This document shows, piece after piece, positions 42,759-59,707 of a stretch of 64,000 nt of DNA. The translations under genes and the position numbers were made by a program. The number at the start of each line of letters is the position of its first letter. Position 1 is the stretch's first letter. The notes under the pieces are model-generated. The model was not told the origin of the DNA and made no database searches. It worked only from the letters and a program-made list of their open reading frames with translations. Source of the stretch: the human T2T-CHM13v2.0 reference genome, Homo sapiens. The stretch lies in NCBI RefSeq assembly GCF_009914755.1, contig NC_060927.1; one strand, given 5' to 3'.

Positions 42759-45338
42759 CCTTTTAAACTTTTATTTTAGATTTGGGGGCCCATATGAAAA
42801 TTTTGTTACATAAACACATGTCCCAGGGGTTTGTTGTACACACTATTTTGTCATCCAGCTATTAAGCCCAGTATCCAATAGTTATCTTTGCTGTTCCTAT
42901 CCCTCCTCTTTCTTCCAACCTCAACCAGACCACAGTGTCTGTTGTTTCCTTCTTTGTGTTCATAAGTTCTTATCATTTGGCTCCCACTTATAAGTGAGAA
43001 CATGTAATATTTGGTTTTCTGTTCTTGAGTTAGTTTGCTAAGGATAATAGCCTCCAGTTCCATCTATATTCCTGCAAAAGAGATGATCTAATTCTTTTTT
43101 TATGGTTGCATAGCATTCCATGGTATATATGTACCACATTTTCTTTATCCAATCTGTCTTTAGTAGGCATTTAGTTTGATTCCATGTCTTTGCTATTGTG
43201 AATAGTGCTGTACTGAACATTCACGTGCATGTGTCTTTATGGTAGAATAATTTCTAGTCCTCTGGGTATATACATAATAATAGGACTGCTGGGTTGAATG
43301 ATAGTTGTACTTTTAGCTCACTGAGGAATCACTATGCTGCTTTCCACAATGGTTGAAGTAATTTACACTCCTACCAACAGTGTATAAATGTTCCCATTTT
43401 TCTGCAACCTCACAAGCATCTGTTACTTTTTCACTTTTTAATAAAAGCTATTCTGACTGGTATAAGATGGTAACTCATTGTGGTTTTGATTTGCATTTCT
43501 CTAATGATCAGTGATATAGAGATTTTTTTCAATATGCTTGGATGGCTGCCTGCATGTCTTCTTTTGAGAAGTGTCTGTTCATGTCTGAACACTTTTAAAT
43601 GAGGCTATTTGTTTTTCTCTTGCGAATTTTTAAGTTCCTTATAGATGCTGGATGTTACACCTTTGTCAGATGCATAGTTGGCAAAAATTTCCTCTCATTC
43701 CGTAGGTTGTTTATCCTGTTGATAATTTCTTTTGCTGTGCAGATGCTCTTAACAATTAATCAGATCCCACATTTCAACTTTTGCTTTTGTTGCAATTGCT
43801 TTTGGTGTCTTTGTCATAAAATCTTTGCCTGTTCCTATGTCCAGGGTGGTATTGCCTAGATTGTCTTCTAGGGTTTTTACAGTTTTGGGTTTTACATTTA
43901 AGTATTCAATTCATCTTGAGCTGATTTTTGTGTATGGTGTATGGAAGGAGTCCAGCTTCAATCTTCTGCTTATGGCTAGTCAGTTTTCCCAGCACCATTT
44001 ATTGAATAAGAAGTCTTTTCACCATTACTTGTTTTTGTCAGCTTTGTTGACGATCAGATGTTCATAGATATGTGGCCTTATTTCTGGGCTTTCTATCCTT
44101 TTCCATTGGTTTACATGCCTGTTTTTGTACTAGTACCATGCTGTTTTTGTTACTGTACCCTTGTAGTATAGTTTGAAGTCAGGTAACATGATGCCTCCAG
44201 CTTTGTTCTTTGTGCTTAGGATCGCCTTGGCTATTTGGGCTCTTTTTTGGTTCCATTTGAATTTTAAAATAGTTTTTTTTTTTTTTTTTTTAATTCTGTG
44301 AAGAACATCACTGGTAGTTTGATAGGAGTAGCCCTGAATTTGTAAATTGCTGTGGGCAGTATAGCCATTTTAATTATATTGATTCTTCCTATTCATGAGC
44401 GTGGGATTTTTCTTCCATTTGTTTGTGTCTTGTCTTATTTCTTTGAGCAATGTTTTGTAATTCCCATGGTAGAGATCTTGCACCTCCCTGGTTAGCTGTA
44501 TTTCTAGGTTTTCTAGGTATTTTATTCTTTTATGGCAATTGTAAGTAGAATCGCCTTTCTGATTTGGCCCTTGGTTTGGCTGTTGTTGGTGTCTAGGAAT
44601 GCTAAGTGAGTTTTGTGCATTGACTTTGTATCCTCTAACTTTGCTGAAGTTGTTTATCAGTGGGAGGAGCTTTTGGGCTGAGACTATGAGGTTTTCTAGA
44701 TATATAATCATGTTGTCTGCAAACAGAAATAGTTTGACTTCCTCTCTTCCTATTTGGAAGCCCTTTATTCCTTTCTCTTGCCTGTTTGCTCTGGTTAGGA
44801 CATCCAATACTGTGTTGAACAAAAGTGGTGACAGACAGCATACTTGTCTTGAGCTGGTATTCAAGGGGAATACTGCTAGCTTTTGCCTATTCAGTATAAC
44901 ATTGACTGTGGATTTGTCATAGATGGCTCTTATTATTTTGAGGTATGTTTCTACTATACCTAGTTTATTTAGAGTTGTTAACATGAAGGGCTGTTGAATT
45001 TTATTGAAAGCCTTTTTTTTTTGCATCTATTGAGATAATCATGTGGGTTTTTTTTGTCTTTAGTTCTGTTTTTGTGATGAATCACATTTATTGATTTGTG
45101 TATGTTGAACCAACTTGCCTTCTGGGGATGAAGCCTACTTGATCATAGCGGATTAGCTTTCTGATGTGCTGCTGAATTTGGTTTGCGAGTATTTTGCTGA
45201 AGATTTTTACATTGATGTTTATCAAGGATATTGGGCTGAAGTTTTCTTTTTTTGTTGTGTCTTTGCCAGGTTTGGGTATCAAGATGTTGTTGGCCTCATA
45301 GAATGAATTGGGGAGGAGTCCCTCCTCCTCAATTTTTT
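42759..45338 (-). mobile_element. Older 5'-truncated L1PA (about L1PA13-16); host of the nested L1PA2, continues at 51385-51419
   Basis: ORF2 peptides (44370-45026, 45088-45282), old-type 3'UTR; outer TSD tggtt(c/t)aacctt at 42747-42758 and 51422-51433. Confidence 0.88.
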
Positions 45339-45577
45339 ATTTTATTTTATTTTATTTTATTATTTTTTTTTTATTATACTTTAAGTTTTAGGGTACATGT
45401 GCACATTGTGCAGGTTAGTTACATATGTATACATGTGCCATGCTGGTGCGCTGCACCCACTAACTCGTCATCTAGCATTAGGTATATCTCCCAATGCTAT
45501 CCCTCCCCCCTCCCCCCACCACACCACAGTCCCCAGAGTGTGATATTCCCCTTCCTGTGTCCATGTGATCTCATTGT

Positions 45578-49432
<3,855 letters not shown>

Positions 49433-49468
49433 TTAGTTGATGCAGTTTCTTCCTAGTCTCGATGGTCT

Positions 49469-50485
49469 TTACATTTTGGCATGATTTTGCAGTGGCTGGT
49501 ACCGGTTGTTCCTTTCCATGTTTAGTGCTTCCTTCAGGAGCTCTTTTAGGGCAGGTCTGGTGGTGACAAAATCTCTCAGCATTTGCTTGTCTGTAAAGTA
49601 TTTTATTTCTCCTTCACTTATGAAGCTTAGTTTGGCTGGATATGAAATTCTGGGTTGAAAATTCTTTTCTTTAAGAATGTTGAATATTGGCCCCCACTCT
49701 CTTCTGGCTTGTAGGGTTTCTGCCGAGAGATCCACTGTTAGTCTGATGGGCTTCCCTTTGAGGGTAACCCGACCTTTCTCTCTGGCTGCCCTTAACATTT
49801 TTTCCTTCATTTCAACTTTGGTGAATCTGACAATTATGTGTCTTGGAGTTGCTCTTCTCGAGGAGTATCTTTGTGGTGTTCTCTGTATTTCCTGAATCTG
49901 AACATTGGCCTGCCTTGCTAGGTTGGGGAAGTTCTCCTGGATAATATCCTGCAGAGTGTTTTCCAACTTGGTTCCATTCTCCCCATCACTTTCAGGTACA
50001 CCAATCAGACGTAGATTTGGTCTTTTCACATAGTCCCATACTTCTTGGAGGCTTTGCTCATTTCTTTTTATTCTTTTTTCTCTAAACTTCCCTTCTCACT
50101 TCATTTCATTCATTTCATCTTCCATTGCTGATACCCTTTCTTCCAGTTGATTGCATTGGCTCCTGAAGCTTCTGCATTCTTCACGTAGTTCTCGAGCCTT
50201 GGTTTTCAGCTCCATCAGCTCCTTTAAGCACTTCTCTGTAGTGGTTATTCTAGTTATACATTCTTCTAAATTTTTTTCAAAGTTTTCAACTTCTTTGCCT
50301 TTGGTTTGAATGTCCTCCCGTAGCTCAGAGTAATTTGATCATCTGAAGCCTTCTTCTCTCAACTCGTCAAAATCATTCTCCATCCAGCTTTGTTCCGTTG
50401 CTGGTGAGGAACTGCGTTCCTTTGGAGGAGGAGAGGCGCTCTGCGTTTTAGAGTTTCCAGTTTTTCTGTTCTGTTTTTTCCCCAT
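49469..50485 (-). pseudogene. L1 ORF1, 339 codons with nonsense codons 49 and 130
   Basis: MGKKQNRK start at 50485; in-frame TGA at 50339-50341 and 50096-50098 (consensus Arg CGA); C-terminal 186 aa open. Confidence 0.95.
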
Positions 50486-51373
50486 CTTTGTGGTTTTATC
50501 TACTTTTGGTCTTTGATGATGGTGATGTACAGATGGGTTTTCGGTGTGGATGTCCTTTCTGTTTGTTAGTTTTCCTTCTAACAGACAGGACCCTCAGCTG
50601 CAGGTCTGTTGGAATACCCTGCCGTGTGAGGTGTCAGTGTGCCCCTGCTGGGGGGTGCCTCCCAGTTAGGCTGCTCGGGGGTCAGGGGTCAGGGACCCAC
50701 TTGAGGAGGCAGTCTGCCCGTTCTCAGATCTCCAGCTGCATGCTGGGAGAACCACTGCTCTGTTCAGAGCTGTCAGACAGGGACATTTAAGTCTGCAGAG
50801 GTTACTGCTGTCTTTTTGTTTGTCTGTGCCCTGCCCGCAGAGGTGGAGCCTACAGAGGCAGGCAGGCCTCCTTGAGCTGTGGTGGGCTCCACCCAGTTGG
50901 AGCTTCCTGGCTGCTTTGTTTACCTAAGCAAGCCTGGGCAATGGCGGGCGCCCCTCCCCCAGCCTCGCTGCCGCCTTGCAGTTTGATCTCAGACTGCTGT
51001 GCTAGCAATCAGCGAGACTCCGTGGGCGTAGGACCCTCCGAGCCAGGTGTGGGATATACTCTCGTGGTGCGCCGTTTTTTAAGCCGGTCTGAAAAGTGCA
51101 ATATTCGGGTGGGAGTGACCCGATTTTCCAGGTGCGTCCATCACCCCTTTCTTTGACTTGGACCCCTTGCGCTTCCCAGGTGAGGCAATGCCTCGCCCTG
51201 CTTCGGCTCGCGCACGGTGCGCGCACCCACTGGCCTGTGCCCACTGTCTGGCACTCCCTAGTGAGATGAACCCGGTACCTCAGATGGAAATGCAGAAATC
51301 ACCCGTCTTCTGCGTCGCTCACGCTGGGAGCTGTAGACCGGAGCTGTTCCTATTCGGCCATCTTGGCTCCTCC
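50486..51373. promoter_or_regulatory. L1 5'UTR: sense (minus strand) and antisense (plus strand) promoters, CpG-rich
   Basis: YY1 site caagatggccg (rc at 51355-51365); the only extended CpG-rich stretch in the window. Confidence 0.85.
50941..51156 (+). CDS. L1 antisense ORF0, intact 71 aa
   Basis: MAGAPPPASLPPCSLISDCCASNQRDSVG...HPFL*; donor-like GT at 51047 and 51132; expression unknown. Confidence 0.8.
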   Translation: MAGAPPPASLPPCSLISDCCASNQRDSVGVGPSEPGVGYTLVVRRFLSRSEKCNIRVGVTRFSRCVHHPFL

Positions 51374-51456
51374 GACCCCATCTCCCTCAATTTTTTAGAA
51401 TAGTTTCTGTAGGAATGGTCGTGGTTTAACCTTACATATCAAAGCTCAACCAACTT

Positions 51457-51500
51457 GTTTCTTACAACTACAATTTTTTAAAATTGTAGTTATAATAAAC
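51457..51500. repeat. Hairpin (21-bp arms, 2 mismatches, 2-nt loop); right arm repeated at 53476-53501
   Basis: aactacaatttt-tt-aaaattgtagtt perfect core. Confidence 0.9.
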
Positions 51501-54129
51501 TGGTTTGGACTGGACTTTGGTCTCCTAGGATGCATTTCTGGAATATGTTCATTATTTTCCAAATTTGCCATTCTCCAAATTACGTAGGAATACAGTTATG
51601 ATTTTCTGACACAATGCACTGATGCAACAGTCGGAAACTAATTATTTGTGGATTATGGATCGGTTTAGACATGTAAAAGACAATTATTAGCAAATAATTA
51701 TCATTCTCTCAAAAGGTATGTCAGTTTTGGACTTGGAACAAATATTTGAATAAATGATGAAATAGGCTTTAAATGTCTTACACAATACTAAATACCAAAA
51801 GCTATTTTATTCTTATCCTTGGAAACACTGGATGCATGTTCTTATGACATCATGTTTTCTTTCCACAATAATAATAAAAAAAAAAGGACAGCCAAACCAT
51901 CCAGTCTTGTAAGTATGTAATTACCTTTGAATGTTCTCCTCATCTAAGCGCATTAAAATGCTTCAACTGACCCAGGTTACACAAAATTATATTCTTGATA
52001 ACTTACTATCTTTTTTGGCACAAGCTGTGCCACTTTCACATGTCTGTTGATGGTATATGTCAAGCCATTGAGTGAGAATTTCTTTCTGTTTCTAATCTCC
52101 CTGGAGCTTTCACATGTGTGCCTGATTTCACACAAAGATTTATGTGTAACATTTCCAGCACCCAAACACAACAATTTCCACCTATCTGTTTTATTTTAGC
52201 TTTAAAGACAAATATTAAATGGGAAATAATTTTTAAAAGGTACATTTTACCCTGACTCCAAATGCAAGATTCTGCTATTGTTTCACAGGGCCTTTGTCAA
52301 ATTATCTTTTAAAAAAATTTTTGTGAGGCTATGTCAGATCTGAGCAATGATTATAGGATGCTTATTTTCTTTGAAAAGAAGAATCTCTAAGCTAAAATTC
52401 CAGATTTGCCAGTGCAATTGCACTGTCATCTTAGGGGTTTATTGGCACTGGCATAAATGTAATACTTTCTTCTTCTCATGATGACATCTAGCAAAGCCTT
52501 GGTCAACATCAGTAGTTATTTGGGAGCAAAAAGGAACTCTTCACAAATCCAAAGTTAGAAATCACTCTCCATTTTCTATCTTACCAGGCTATGAACTTAC
52601 CTAACTTCCTAGCAAGAGCTCATAATATTGCCTGTGCCTTTATCAGGGTGATAAGGTTAGAAAAGATCATTGTTTCCATTTCTGCTCATTTCTATTGCTT
52701 AAAATTACTTTTATGAGTTAATATGTATTTCTATTATATAAATATGCAATTATCAGTAATTATATTTGTACTTAATATATGATGTATGTGCTATAAATTA
52801 TAACTTTCTCTAAATAATAACTCTATCTGGCACAGGGATACTAGAACATATAAAGTTATCAATTAACTCTAATTTAGTTACAGAAATCTTGAGTCTTTCC
52901 CTCACTTTCTTTTTAGAGAGCTCAGCCTGTTTCTACAACATCTACAGAAAAACTGTATGAGCTGAAACACTTATTGCTAACTCAGATGGGAAAATTCTGA
53001 ACTTCTTTAACTATTGAAAACTGTATAGCTTGGATTTCCTTTGAAAACAGAATGCTACATGTGAGGACAACAAATCTTCTGGCAATAACTCACATTTAAC
53101 AGGTTGATACAGCGGATCTATCTTTCTAAACAACAAATGCGTGATCTAATGGCAATACCAACAGTGCACTGTACCAAGAATTAGAATGGTATATCAAAGC
53201 TTCTAATTTGCAGTGGTTTGTTACGGAGGTATAATTATCTATTTAAAATGTAAAATTCCTTGTACAAAAATATTTGAATAATTATGAAAATGTAAGTAAT
53301 CATTTGCAAAAACTAATTACGGTGAGGGAGACTTTCCTTTGCTGTCAGTGTTTTATGCATGTGTTTGGTTCCATAAGCAAACTAATTAAAATGTTGCAAG
53401 ACACACTGAAATGCTGGCATTTTAGATGGAAAGCAGTTGTACTTCTGGCAAAGATCGTTTCATGTTTCTAAGGGATTTTAAAATTGTAGTTATAATAAAC
53501 TATTCAGTCAAGCAAACCTAAAACAAGAGCCAAAATCATGCTCTCAGCTTTCAGATCTATAGCCACATGCCACCACAAAGCCGTGAATTTTCTAAGTATA
53601 AACTGGAAATAAATCACATTTGTTTTGTTAGCAAACATTTGGGGTATGTATGTGTGTATTTGATAAAACTGTGGTAATTATGCAGCTAAAATAAGAAAAA
53701 ACAATTTGGAAGTCATCTTAATATTTTGTGTTATTCCCATCATTTAGAAATCGTTGGTCAAATGGTGGGCAAAATGTTCCACCACAAATAAGAATGCTCT
53801 AGCACGACAGCTAATAAGACAAAGAACTGTATTATGGCACGTCTTCAACAGTAAATACTTGTCCTAAGAGCCTAGGAGGTAAAGGGCAGCTGCAGAATGA
53901 TTATCAGGATTGCTTCATGGTCCAGATTGCATTTGGAACTTGAAATGTCCATCCTCTTCACTGTTGGGTCAGTCAGTCATGCTTTGGGCAAGATTTATTG
54001 AGGTTGTCACTTTTACTAGTCACAGTGGTAAGAAGTAGAATTTCAGTGATATATGAGTGAGTTATAGTGCATGCCTGCATGGATTTTACACTCCAATCTT
54101 TTTAAAAGACAGTATTTTGATGAATTATG

Positions 54130-54340
54130 CACTCCATGGCCAGACCACCTGGGCTTAAATCTTGGCTTATCTACTATCTGTGTGAATTTAGGCTAGCTAA
54201 CTATTCTCTTTAGCATGCTCATCTCTGGAATGAGAATAACAGTCCTGCCTTATGTAGTTGCTGTGAGAATTAAATGAGTTAAGCTATGTGTAAATGTATA
54301 ATGCCCAGCAATCAGTACATTATATTGTTATTAGCTACCA
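54130..54340 (+). mobile_element. MIR fragment
   Basis: cctgggcttaaatcttggct...gttgctgtgagaattaaatgagttaa. Confidence 0.6.
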
Positions 54341-56119
54341 TTTTTACCTCCACTCTAACCAAGCAATACCATAAATATTGCCAAACAGACAACATAATAT
54401 CTAATTTCACAGAATATAGATATCCAGTAGAAGTCAAAGATCAGAAAAGCCCCTAGAAGGTATCTAGTAGCTGCAGGTATCTGAAAGCCTTCACTATTTG
54501 TTCTGCAGGCAAAACATACAAACACACTCTAGCTATTATCTATGTTAAACAAGATAGAAGACATACAAATAATAGATGACAGCAGCTGGAGGAGGTAGAA
54601 TAACCGTTTCTGTGAGTTAGAAGCAAAATAGCAGTTTCAAATTATATTATCATCATCCATCACAGCTATCATGTATTCAACTCTTCCCGTGGTGCAAGTT
54701 ACTAAGCTCTTTAAATGTTATCCTAATTAACCCATTTTCCATAGGAAGAGGATGAAATAGTTTAAATCACTTTCTCAGGCTATGTTAATAGTTTGTGATG
54801 AAGATATGACAAGAAAAATCTCTCTGAAGCTAAAGTTCGCATTATTATACTATATTGCTATCCATGTAATATGATGAGCATGTTCCCAAGTCATTACATT
54901 TTCTTCACAAACATGTTTTACATAGCTTTAAAGTGTTCTAGTCTATGGCTGTTTCATAATTGATTTACTCTCTTCTGTCTTGTTAAATATTTATGTTGTT
55001 TCTAGTCCCTCAGATATTTTGAATTATTTGCAATAAAAATCTTCATGTGTAAATCTTAGTATGCATAGCTGATGAGTTTCTTAGTATAAACTCCAAGCAG
55101 TGAAGTCACCAGGCTAATGGATTTTAACATTTCTAATTACCAAATTGTACAAATCGTCAAATCACCCACAGGAGTAGTATAGGAATTTTCTCTCCTTTCA
55201 GAAATTTTTGAGCTTGCTCATTTAACTGCATCCTTGCCAATCCTGAATCTGATCTAAAAGTTTTCTTATCAACATGCCAGATACATAACTCTCCTGTAGA
55301 TTTAATTTGTATTTCTATTTCCACTGTGGTACTTAGGGAAAAGATATCAGCTATGGAAAACAAAGCATGTGAATAATACTTTGACATTCATATCTGTCTC
55401 TGTAGGCCTCCTTCTTGCATGCAAATTTTGGTTTTCCCTTAACAGAATGTTACAAAACTCCAAGCCCAAGTTTAATTGTAACACTATTTGGGATGTTTCC
55501 TTGAGTTGTTTTAAAAAAGTTTCTTATCTTCTCTGATCTCTGCACATGCCATTTTGTGATAATTTACTTCACTGTGGTAAAATTATTGATTCTCTCTCTC
55601 TGGTCTCTCCTAAATAATAACCTACTGGAAAATGAATAATCTTATGATTATTCAAAAGTAGTGAAAAGTCTCATAAGCACATTTAACTATCACTTCCCAC
55701 AAAAACATACTGATTCTGGATTTTAATCAATTTTTCACTGTTTGATTAAACTATGCATTAATTCATCATTAATAATGTAGTTGATTAGGTACTTTGGAAC
55801 ATTTTTAAAAAATGAATAAAAACATCTAGTGGAATTACTTTTTTCTAAAAGAGCTATATCATGAGAAAATGAAAATTAAGTTTTGCTGGGAATCACAATG
55901 CAATGTTCCTTCCTACTAATACAAAAACATTCCTGCAGATCATTTGAAGCAGAGAAAAAAAATTGCTTCCAATGGGACACTGTCAAGACCACATATAGCG
56001 TCCTTACTCATACATAATGTTTCAGTGTTTCTGCCATGGTTATACCACAGCTGAAAAATGAGTAACATCTCCTTTTTGTATAATTTCTGCTTTTTTCCAA
56101 TGCCAAACCAAGCATTCAT

Positions 56120-56412
56120 CATGTCCCCTCAATTAAGTTACTGGATTTTAAGGTGCCCAACTGCTAAGCTGCTCTGCCTCACCAGTACCTAATCTGGAGT
56201 TGGTTTCTCCTTTCCAAGACCCTTCTAAGAATCATTTAGCATAAGCCCAAACCTACACAAAGTCCCTTCACAAACTTTCTTACTGAGATCCTTCTAAATT
56301 CTCTTACTGGGATATGGTTTTCCTTGCTGCAGCAAGCTAAACAAACCAAACTTTGACTACAGGTGTGTTCCTGGACATCTGGTAGGCTTTGGTGTTAGTT
56401 GGGTCATTAAAC
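56120..56412 (+). mobile_element. ERV1 LTR fragment (MER90-like)
   Basis: cttactgagat...ccttgctgcagc...actacaggtgtgttcctgg; family assignment from memory. Confidence 0.4.
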
Positions 56413-56520
56413 ACATAAGATCTACATACTGTTTTTACTTAAACAGCATTCATCAGCAAATTGGAGATATGATACAGGGAAAGTGATAAGTTGAGATTAT
56501 GCCAAAGTGTTAATCCTGGA

Positions 56521-58735
56521 AAGTTTATCTATTGTACTTGTTAATTTTATTCACCGAATTCTTTAGTTCCAGAATTTATGGGTTTTAAAAATCATATCTA
56601 TCTTTGTTGAATTTCTTATTCAGATAATGAATTGTTTTCCTGAATTATTTATGTTGTTTATCTGTATTCTATTGTATCTCACTGAGCTTTATTATGATCA
56701 CCATTTTATATTTTTTTTTAGGCATTTCATAGATTTCTCTTTCATTGGAATCTATTGCTTGAGAATTATTGTGTTCCTTCAGAAATGTTATGTTAGCTTG
56801 CTTTTTCATGCTTCTTATGTCCTTACATTGATATCTGCATATCTGATATAAGTCACTTCTCCCAATTTTCTGGACTGGCTTTTACAGGGAAAGACTTCTT
56901 ACTATAGATGTATCAATAGTGCTGATTGTGTAGGGTGCTTTGGCTTTGATTTTTGGATGGGCATGGTAGTGTAGTCTCAGTATGATTTCTTCAGCTGTAA
57001 TATGCATCAATAGTGTCTATGATTTCCTAAGTTCCTTAGGCTGTAGTTGTTAGTGGAAGTGGTGGTAAGGCTTGGCTATGTATGGGTACTTTAGATCAGC
57101 TGGTCATTGGGCACTAGTGGCAACAGCAGTGGGCTGGGTGTGTAAACACTTGAGCCCTCAGATGGCATACATGTGCAGTGATGTTAGTGGGTCCAGGTAG
57201 GCCAATCCTCTTGCCTCCAGGCAACTTTCTTGGTGCCAGCAGTGACAGCAATGGGCCAAATAAGTGGATAGGTCGTCAGGCCCCTGGGCAGTGTGCATGA
57301 CATCATTTATATCAGTAGCATCAATAAGCCAACCTTCAGGCCCCTAGGCAACAACACAGAGGTGCCAGCAGTGGCTTGGGCAGGCCAGACCTCAGGCCTC
57401 CAGGTAGCATATGTGGTAGGGGCCAATGGTATAGTTGTGTCAGGGTGCCCAAGAAGGCATGCATAGGTGCCAGTGGCAAAAGGCCATGTGGGTCAATTCC
57501 CAGGCCCCCATCAGTGCACAAAGGCACTGGTAAGGGAGCACCTGGTGGGGCAGGGCTGTCCTCAGGACCCCCGAGTGTGAACATGGGCACAGGCTACAGT
57601 GAGTGAGGCTAGTTTATCCCCAGGATCTCAGATGACATGCTTGGGCACTGGCAGGCTGAGCTGACCCATCTCCAGGCCCCCTGAAGGTATGCACAGGTGT
57701 AGGTGGCAGTGAGTGAGGTGGATCAATCCCCAGGTCGCTGGATGATGTGCATGAGTGCTGGTGGCAGTGATGAGTGGGCAGGTCTTTCTTCAGGTCCTCT
57801 AATGGTACATATGAGTGCCAGCTGTGGTGGGTGAGACAAGTCCATCCCCATACCCCCAAATGGCATTCTCAAGCAGTGGCGGTTACAGTGGTAGGCAGGA
57901 GTGGCTTGTCCTCAGCCCCCAGAATGGTGCCCAAGAGGACCATTCTCCAGATTGCCAGAAGGCACATTCAGGGGCAAGGAGCCCCTACTGCTAGTTGGTA
58001 GGGAGAGTTTGCTGTCAGTGTCAGCATCGCCAGGCAAGCAGAAGCTCTAGTGGGGATACACTTTGGTTCTCTTTGTCCTAGGGGCAGCTTTCCCAGTGTG
58101 CTACATTGTCTATACCTTGGGGTGTAGGATACTGTGTGGGCTAGAGTGCTGGGGACCTGGCTGCACCACTGAGTCTAGCTGACATCGTGATCCTGCAGCC
58201 CTTTGGGTGGACACAGGGGAATGTCAGCAAAGCTCAGGGATGTGCAGGTGCAGGGGCTATTGTGCCCCAGGGTAGGATATAATCTGGTGGGCTGGGCTCT
58301 CAAAATGGAGCTGTGCTATAGCTGCTTGGGACTCAGCGTGTGTATGGGACCCAGCACAAACTACCTCTCCAGAATAATGCCATCATGTGGACTCCCAGCA
58401 GCTTCCTATACTAGTCTCAGGGTCCACAAGCATCAAGGGACTCTTCCATGGTTGGGACGGCAGGAGTCAATGGTGGGAATGTGGACTGCTGGGTATACTT
58501 CATTTACCTTTTCCCTGCAGTGGAGTTTCTCCTGGCTCCAAGTGACCGTGACCAGGATGGCTGCTTTATTTCCTTCATTTTCCATGCCTCAGAGGCTCCC
58601 TGTCACTCCTCGGCTAAATTTCAGTGTTCTCTCTCAGATGATCTATCCAAAGTGTGGTTATCTACTTACTGTTTTGGTCCTTCTTTGTGGAAGAAATAAA
58701 TGACGGGTGCCATCTAGTCACCTCTACTGAAACTC
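56521..58735 (-). mobile_element. 5' half (repeat-rich 5'UTR plus ORF1 N-terminus) of an old L1MA-type element
   Basis: Minus strand encodes decayed MKKQ..KEHNNS..KLSEIQ..ILELKNS; GC-rich ~60-bp degenerate repeats at ~57050-57980. Confidence 0.8.
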
Positions 58736-59268
58736 ATATTTTGATAGAATAATCTATTATTCTATTAGTTTAATGAGTGAGCACTCACTGTCACACATTT
58801 ATTTCTCACATATGTTTCAGCTTATGTTAGCATAGTTGTAGTTGTTCAGACTTCAACTTACATACATTTTTTTAAAATCACTTCTCATTCAAAAGTATTT
58901 TATATTGGAAAGTGTAATTTTCTTTGCCAAGAATAGGAACCCCCCTAAAACTTTTAAATACTATCTTAACCTTAGTTATGAAGATGTCTATTCCATCAAA
59001 GGGTAAGGAGGATTAGCACATTCATTCATATTTCTATTGGAAAAAGAGAAGCGATTAATTTATTGCTTCTCTGCCCGAGTGATTAAGCAATAACTTATTC
59101 TGGCATCCTTGTCAACTGATAGCAATTGAGTTTGTTTCCAAACGACAAATATAAATATAAACCAAATCTATTTTAGTTTTTTGAGAGATTAAACCAATGT
59201 TATTTAAACTTTATTTCTTAATGAAACCATCAAAGGAACAGTTTTAAAAAAAAACTGTGATTTTTTTT

Positions 59269-59707
59269 CAATAGCAAAGACTTGGAACCAACCCAAATGT
59301 CCATCAATGATAGACTGGATTAAGAAAATATGGCACATATAAACCATGGAATACTATGCAGCTGTAAAAAAGGGTGAGTTCATGCCCTTTGTAGGGACAT
59401 GGATGAAGCTGGAAACCATCATTCTGAGCAAACTATTTCAAGGACAGAAAACCAAATACCACATGTTCTCACTCATAGGTGGGAATTGAACAATGAGAAC
59501 ACTTTGGACACAGGGTGGGGAACATCACACACTGGGGTCTGTCGTGTGGTGGGGGGATTGGGGAGGGATAGCATTAGGAGATATACCTAATGTAAATGAC
59601 GAGTTAACGGGTGCAGCACACCAACATGGCACATGTATACATATGTAACAAATCTGCATGTTGTGCACATGTACCCTAGAACTTAAAGTATAATAATAAT
59701 AAAAAAA
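59269..59707 (+). mobile_element. 5'-truncated L1PA (L1PA5-like) 3' end
   Basis: caaggacagaaaacc, ctaatgtaaatgacgagtta; TSD tgtgattttt at 59256-59265 and 59708-59717. Confidence 0.9.

Noticed and set aside
57050-57980. GC-rich ~60-bp periodic repeats resembling a CRISPR array or repeat-protein exon
   Set aside because: Degenerate tandem units within an old L1 5'UTR; no constant repeat plus unique spacer pattern, no long ORF
58203-58703. 166-aa plus-strand ORF antisense to the old L1 5'UTR (ORF0 analogue?)
   Set aside because: Begins at TTG, no similarity to ORF0, plausible by chance in GC-richer DNA
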